From Thermodesulfobacteriota bacterium (GTDB lineage Bacteria > Desulfobacterota > Desulfobulbia > Desulfobulbales > BM004): a stretch of DNA of 63,856 nt. The notes beneath the pieces are model-generated. The model worked only from the letters and a program-made list of their open reading frames with translations. It ran no database searches and had not been told where the DNA came from. The translations under genes and the position numbers were made by a program. Below, in pieces: positions 57,508 through 63,856 of the stretch. The stretch is taken from the NCBI GenBank assembly GCA_042576125.1, contig JBHPCH010000001.1, positions 1-63,856 of the forward strand. The letters run 5' to 3'. How positions within the stretch are numbered: position 1 is the stretch's first letter; the number at the start of each line of letters is the position of its first letter.

Positions 57508-59418
57508 CTATAAAAATTGTTCGTTGATAGAAATTTCAGCCTTACTCCTCACATTCGCCAGCCATGATTCGAGTATGGAAGCCTTTTTTCTTTCCAGCAG
57601 GCCTGTTCTGAAGTCGTTTTCTTTTTCAGTAAAGAGATCAGAAGCAGGTGGTCTTCTCTCCTTGAGCCTGAAAACATAAAACCTGCCATTGCTGGAAACT
57701 ACTTCTTCCGGATAGGGCGACTCTGCCGACAGTTCAAAACCAAGGGTTGCTATTTGCGTTGGCAGCTGGGAGCCTGCAGTATCATTTCGGGTTAAATAAC
57801 CGGAATCTTCAACTGTTTTATTATGCTTTTGGGCCTCAGAAGCAAATTCAACTGATTCCTTTTCCCTGAGGGCTGAGAACATTGATTCAGCTGTCTCTTT
57901 TGCCATGGTTTCTGATTTTTTGCTGATATAGTCCTGCCTGACCTGTTCTTTAACACCCTCAAACAAGGTAACCTCAGGGTCTTTTTTGTCTGTAGCAAAG
58001 ATTATTGCATATCCTTTTGGGGTTTCTATCAAAGAGCTGAGTTCCCCCTTGTTCAGGGTGAATGCCGCATTGAGAAAGGCAGGTTCATTGACTATTCCCC
58101 TGGTAAAGCCACTTTTTTCCGGTGATTTTCTTGGGAAATAATCCGTCTGTTCCACAGTTATTTCCGTATTCTGCTGGTTGAATTTTTCCAGGCTGCCGGC
58201 CAGGATAATTTTTTCATATGCCTCTGTTGCGTTATTAAAGGCCAGTTCATCAGCCTTTTTGCCCTGGATTTGGGATGCGATCTCACCTTTCACCTCTTCC
58301 AGGGGTTTGATACGGGATGGCTCTATCTTCTCAACTTTTATGATATGGAAGCCGAACTGGGTTTCCACTATGTCGCTTATCTCTCCTTCGTTCAAAGCAA
58401 ATGCCGCATCATCAAAAGGTTTTACCATCCTTCCCTGGGCAAACGATCCAAGGTCACCTCCTCTGGTGGCAGTCGGCCCTTCTGAATACTGTTTTGCCAG
58501 TTCTGCAAAATCCTCACCAGACCTGGCCAGCTCAAGAACCAGTTCAGCCTTTTCGAGTTTCTTACGTAACACATCTTCGGAGTCTTCTGCAGTAGTCTTT
58601 AAAAGGATGTGGCGTGCTTTCCTCTGTTCCGGGATACTGTAACGGTTTATGTTCTGGCGGTAGAAAGACTCCGCCTCTTCATCGGAGATTTCCGGTTTGT
58701 CATCAGAGTTGAACGGGAAGAGAATAAAGTCGAGTTTAACCTGGGGGTCTGTCATGTAATTATTTTTGTTTTCCTCGTAAAATACCTTCAACTTCTCTTC
58801 GTCCACCTCAACTTTATCTTTATAGTCTGCAGCAGTAAAAGAGGCATACTCAATGCTGATCTGCTCATTGTCCAGACCAAATTGCTCGTTAACCTCCAAA
58901 GGGGTCAATTTGGCAAAACGTGAGAGATGTGCAAGTACTTTGCCGGCAAGGAGGTCTGTTCGCATTGTTGCCTCAAAAGAAGCAGGAGTCATACCTGAAC
59001 TTGAAATAATATTTTTATACTGTTGGACATCAAAAACGCCGTTTGTCTTAAATGCCTCCATTTTTTCAACAGCCTGCTGGACTTCAAGGTTGCTTACCAT
59101 GATTCCCATTTCTCCTGCGCCCTGGCGCAAAAGGGTCCGTTGAATCAGTTGTTCAATGGTCTGACCTTCCAGGTCAAGACTTTCCAGCAACCCCTTGGGT
59201 ATGTTTCCACCGAATTGATCGCGGTATTTGCTTGCCAATTGTTCATAAGCTTTTTGAAAGGCCTCATAGGGTATGGGTTCATCATTGACTGTTGCAACAG
59301 AGTTTGTGCTCCCGCGGTAACTGCTTCCTACACCCCAGAAAACAAAAACAAGTACAATGATCAGGATGATACCCTGAATGAGTGGTGATTGAGCTTTTTT
59401 TCGAAGCAAATCAAGCAT
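57508..59418 (-). CDS. ppiD: Periplasmic chaperone/peptidyl-prolyl isomerase PpiD-like
   Basis: 636 aa with an N-terminal membrane anchor and a parvulin domain (GGDLGSFAQGRMVKPFDDAAF...FGFHIIKV). Confidence 0.8.
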   Translation of the reverse strand: MLDLLRKKAQSPLIQGIILIIVLVFVFWGVGSSYRGSTNSVATVNDEPIPYEAFQKAYEQLASKYRDQFGGNIPKGLLESLDLEGQTIEQLIQRTLLRQGAGEMGIMVSNLEVQQAVEKMEAFKTNGVFDVQQYKNIISSSGMTPASFEATMRTDLLAGKVLAHLSRFAKLTPLEVNEQFGLDNEQISIEYASFTAADYKDKVEVDEEKLKVFYEENKNNYMTDPQVKLDFILFPFNSDDKPEISDEEAESFYRQNINRYSIPEQRKARHILLKTTAEDSEDVLRKKLEKAELVLELARSGEDFAELAKQYSEGPTATRGGDLGSFAQGRMVKPFDDAAFALNEGEISDIVETQFGFHIIKVEKIEPSRIKPLEEVKGEIASQIQGKKADELAFNNATEAYEKIILAGSLEKFNQQNTEITVEQTDYFPRKSPEKSGFTRGIVNEPAFLNAAFTLNKGELSSLIETPKGYAIIFATDKKDPEVTLFEGVKEQVRQDYISKKSETMAKETAESMFSALREKESVEFASEAQKHNKTVEDSGYLTRNDTAGSQLPTQIATLGFELSAESPYPEEVVSSNGRFYVFRLKERRPPASDLFTEKENDFRTGLLERKKASILESWLANVRSKAEISINEQFL

Positions 59419-59760
59419 GTATTTTCTCCTTTATTAACTATCAAGGGGCTTTATCCGTAAGATAATATGCCGCCAGTATACATTATAATGATCGTATAGT
59501 GAAACGCCAAGAACAGCACAGCTGTTTATACCATATAAAATAATAACCTATTCTTTTATCCGAAAAATATTACTTATTGCCAGTAAAAAAAAGAGAACAG
59601 GAAATTATGGTAGTATTATTTAAAATAATCTTTGTCAATTTTGATAGTTAAGTGAGTATTTGTTTTCTGGGAAAAAGATGGTGTAATCCGGCACATCTGG
59701 GAATTTATTTTTTGGTAATTTCTAGGCAGGTAATTAGAGAAAGAAATTGTGAATGATTAC

Positions 59761-59789
59761 TTGACAAAGAATAGACGCTATATTATGAA
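59761..59789 (+). promoter_or_regulatory. Candidate promoter of dsrC
   Basis: TTGACA (59761-59766), a 17-nt spacer, then TATGAA. This would give a ~85-nt leader. The -10 element is weak. Confidence 0.3.
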
Positions 59790-59877
59790 GGACTATTCAT
59801 TTTGTGTTTTAAAGTTCGGTGAAGACTGAAACAATTAACAATATACAAGTAGACTGAAACCAAGGAGGAAAATTAAA

Positions 59878-60198
59878 ATGGCAAGTATCGAGCATAATGG
59901 CAAAGCTTATGATGTGGATGAAGATGGCTTTTTGAGCAAAGGCATGGAAGACTGGGATGAAGGTTGGGTTGACTATGTTAAGGGTATTGAAGGTATCGGC
60001 GAGATGACCGAAGAGCATCAGAAAGTTATTGATGCCCTGCAGGAATACTACAAGAAAAATGGTATCGCTCCAATGGTACGTATCCTTTCCAAAACTACCG
60101 GCTTCCCGCTGAAGAGAATCTACGAGCTCTTCCCATCAGGACCAGGTAAGGGAGCATGTAAAATGGCTGGTCTGCCTAAACCGACCGGTTGTGTATAA
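59878..60198 (+). CDS. dsrC: DsrC (TusE/DsrC family sulfur relay protein)
   Basis: 106 aa. The C-terminal arm ...GKGACKMAGLPKPTGCV carries the two conserved Cys residues diagnostic of bona fide DsrC. Confidence 0.9.
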   Translation: MASIEHNGKAYDVDEDGFLSKGMEDWDEGWVDYVKGIEGIGEMTEEHQKVIDALQEYYKKNGIAPMVRILSKTTGFPLKRIYELFPSGPGKGACKMAGLPKPTGCV

Positions 60199-60219
60199 TT
60201 AGTTATACGTTATTTAATA

Positions 60220-60256
60220 AAAAAGGGAGATGGCATAAGCCGTCTCCCTTTTTTTA
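60220..60256. terminator. Bidirectional intrinsic terminator (dsrC / ATP-grasp gene)
   Basis: AAAAAGGGAGATGGC-ATAA-GCCGTCTCCCTTTTTTT: a 10-bp stem flanked by A- and T-runs. Confidence 0.75.
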
Positions 60257-60272
60257 TTGTTTTATTTGAAAA

Positions 60273-61040
60273 TTAAGCCAGATAATTTTTCAGTTGCTTC
60301 TGGTGAATTGCTTCCACCTTTTTCTGATACTCTTCAGGAGAGATTTTCGCTCCCTGTAAGCCCCCCCTGAGATTAACTTCCCCCAGAAACGATTTTCCCT
60401 CTCCGGTAACCATGATGTCGATGTGGGCATAGGGAAAATGACCGCGTTCCATGACCCTTTGGCAGAGCTTTGCCTGCTCTTCTGAAAGTTCGCAGGGCTC
60501 ACTCTGGCCGCCATGATGCAGGTTGTTTCTGAAGCTGTAGGGATTATGGCGCCAATAAGCCTCAATATAATCATCCAAAAAAACAACGCGAATATCACGA
60601 CAATCAGGTTTAAATGGCTGAAGAACAAAAGGGAAAGGTATATTGTCTAATGAGGCATGGGTAAATACCTCTTCAATCGATTGCCAGAGATGCACCCCCA
60701 TACCTGCGTTTCCACGGTCCTGCTTGGTAATAACAGCACTTACAGCGTTTTTTTGATACTCTGAGATTGCTTCAATAAGATCATGAAGTGCATGGATGGT
60801 CCGGGTTTCGGGCAACATGGATCTGGAAAAAATTGTTGCCTGTAAGGTTTTTGAGCGGCTGACAAGTTGAGAAAGTCCGGAGGGGATAAGCTGCACTCCT
60901 CTCGCGCCAAGGTCAAGAAGCATAGGTTCTTCAGATTCCCGCAGGCGCAGGCGGCCAACTACAATATCCCCCTGCTGCAGAGAGTTATAGTGAGCACGCA
61001 GAGTTGAATTGTCCCTGATAATGAGCTTCTCACGGCTCAA
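60273..61040 (-). CDS. ATP-grasp domain protein (RimK-like ligase, short form)
   Basis: 255 aa with a TTG start preceded by AGGAGG. ATP-grasp-like blocks: ITKQDRGNAGMGV, FVLQPF, DIRVVFL, FRNNLHHGG, HIDIMV..LGEVN. Confidence 0.6.
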   Translation of the reverse strand: MSREKLIIRDNSTLRAHYNSLQQGDIVVGRLRLRESEEPMLLDLGARGVQLIPSGLSQLVSRSKTLQATIFSRSMLPETRTIHALHDLIEAISEYQKNAVSAVITKQDRGNAGMGVHLWQSIEEVFTHASLDNIPFPFVLQPFKPDCRDIRVVFLDDYIEAYWRHNPYSFRNNLHHGGQSEPCELSEEQAKLCQRVMERGHFPYAHIDIMVTGEGKSFLGEVNLRGGLQGAKISPEEYQKKVEAIHQKQLKNYLA

Positions 61041-61093
61041 ACCACTTTCCTCCTTTTGGTGGACCGCAGTTATCTGTTTCTGATATATTAACC

Positions 61094-61381
61094 CTAGAAG
61101 AGCATTTCCAGAAATCTTTTATGGAACTGGGTGAGGTCAGCACCGCAATCCCCACAATAAAGTTTTACCTGGCCCAGGACCTGGGAATCATCCAGTTCCT
61201 GGCTGAAACTACCGTCACTGTTCTGGATAAAGCGCGTTGTGAGAATTACACCGTCGGATACTTCGAGAAATTCCTTGTTGTTGCTGCATTCAGGACAGTT
61301 AATCCGTTGAGCGCTGGGAAGTGTTGTCACTTTGGGCGTTATTTTTTTTCTACTGATCTTATTTGTATCAGAATAACTCAT
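61094..61381 (-). CDS. Hypothetical zinc-ribbon protein
   Basis: 95 aa, preceded by an AGGAGG Shine-Dalgarno. Two Cys pairs, CPEC and CGDC, are separated by about 45 residues. Confidence 0.5.
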   Translation of the reverse strand: MSYSDTNKISRKKITPKVTTLPSAQRINCPECSNNKEFLEVSDGVILTTRFIQNSDGSFSQELDDSQVLGQVKLYCGDCGADLTQFHKRFLEMLF

Positions 61382-61606
61382 TACGAGAGAAATCCTCCTT
61401 TTGAAATGAATCGTACTCTATAAGGCAGTGGCGGCTAATTGTCAATACCTGTGTAGGAATACATACAAAAGCTTTGCAGGACAAATACACTTTTTTGCCC
61501 GACAACTTAACATAACAAGCTGATTTTTTTAAGTAAAATCAATAGAAAAAGATAGTCATGCAGAAAGCGCTGCTGGTGAAGGTGCAGAGAAAAGAAATTC
61601 AGAATA

Positions 61607-61891
61607 TCAGGAATAATGTATTTCAAAGGCCGTATTGTCATTAACAGGAGATTCCTCAGTGGCAAGAACCTTTGCCACCTGAGAATGCGGCGATCCCTGG
61701 AGAAACCATTGCAGCATTTTGTTAACAGCCGCTTCCTGTCCTTCGATTATGGCTTCAACCGAACCGTCCGGCCTGTTCCGCACCCAGCCAGTAAGACCAA
61801 GTTTTAAGGCTTCGTCCCTGGTAAAAGCCCTGAAAAAAACGCCCTGAACCCTTCCCTCAACAATGACGTGGACCCGTTTGCTGTCAGTCAT
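61607..61891 (-). CDS. acyP: Acylphosphatase
   Basis: 94 aa with the signature VHVIVEGRVQGVFFRAFT and GWVRN. Confidence 0.85.
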   Translation of the reverse strand: MTDSKRVHVIVEGRVQGVFFRAFTRDEALKLGLTGWVRNRPDGSVEAIIEGQEAAVNKMLQWFLQGSPHSQVAKVLATEESPVNDNTAFEIHYS

Positions 61892-61903
61892 GATTGGCCT
61901 CTC

Positions 61904-63856
<1,953 letters not shown>

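Overview
This is a core chromosomal segment from a genome that looks like a sulfate- or sulfur-metabolising deltaproteobacterium (DsrC, monomeric Icd, ACR3). It probably spans the replication-origin neighbourhood: dnaA lies at 20317-21654 and gene strand bias switches near 18.5-20.3 kb. There are about 45 protein genes, almost all housekeeping: groES-groEL, ilvE, mfd, bamA, plsC, manB, icd, comF, dnaA, hemY-like, htpG, pcm, mtaD-like, DUF47-pit, nfo, surE, nif3/Zn-ribbon/rnpB, ispDF, thpR, GAF/HD-GYP, bioF-bioH/C, pcnB, hisS-aspS, ppiD, dsrC, acyP and ligA. There are also three tRNAs (Asn-GTT, Pro-TGG, CAT) and RNase P RNA. I found no CRISPR array, no transposase, integrase or phage genes, and no recognisable defence, toxin-antitoxin or secondary-metabolite cluster. 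The unusual content is non-coding. (i) A family of highly structured ~200-250 nt repeats occurs four times in both orientations (28.2, 37.2, 43.0 and 44.6 kb). Copies differ by compensatory stem changes, and one copy starts 9 nt after rnpB. (ii) Other compound inverted-repeat elements fill most convergent intergenic gaps (21.7, 34.0, 57.3 kb). (iii) A duplicated hairpin plus DnaA-box-like unit sits upstream of comF/dnaA. At the protein level the oddities are two domain fusions (ArsC-ACR3, BioH-BioC), an ATP-grasp/zinc-ribbon gene pair, and a 37-codon membrane ORF missing from the ORF track. All functional calls rest on motif recognition by eye; no database search or folding computation was possible.
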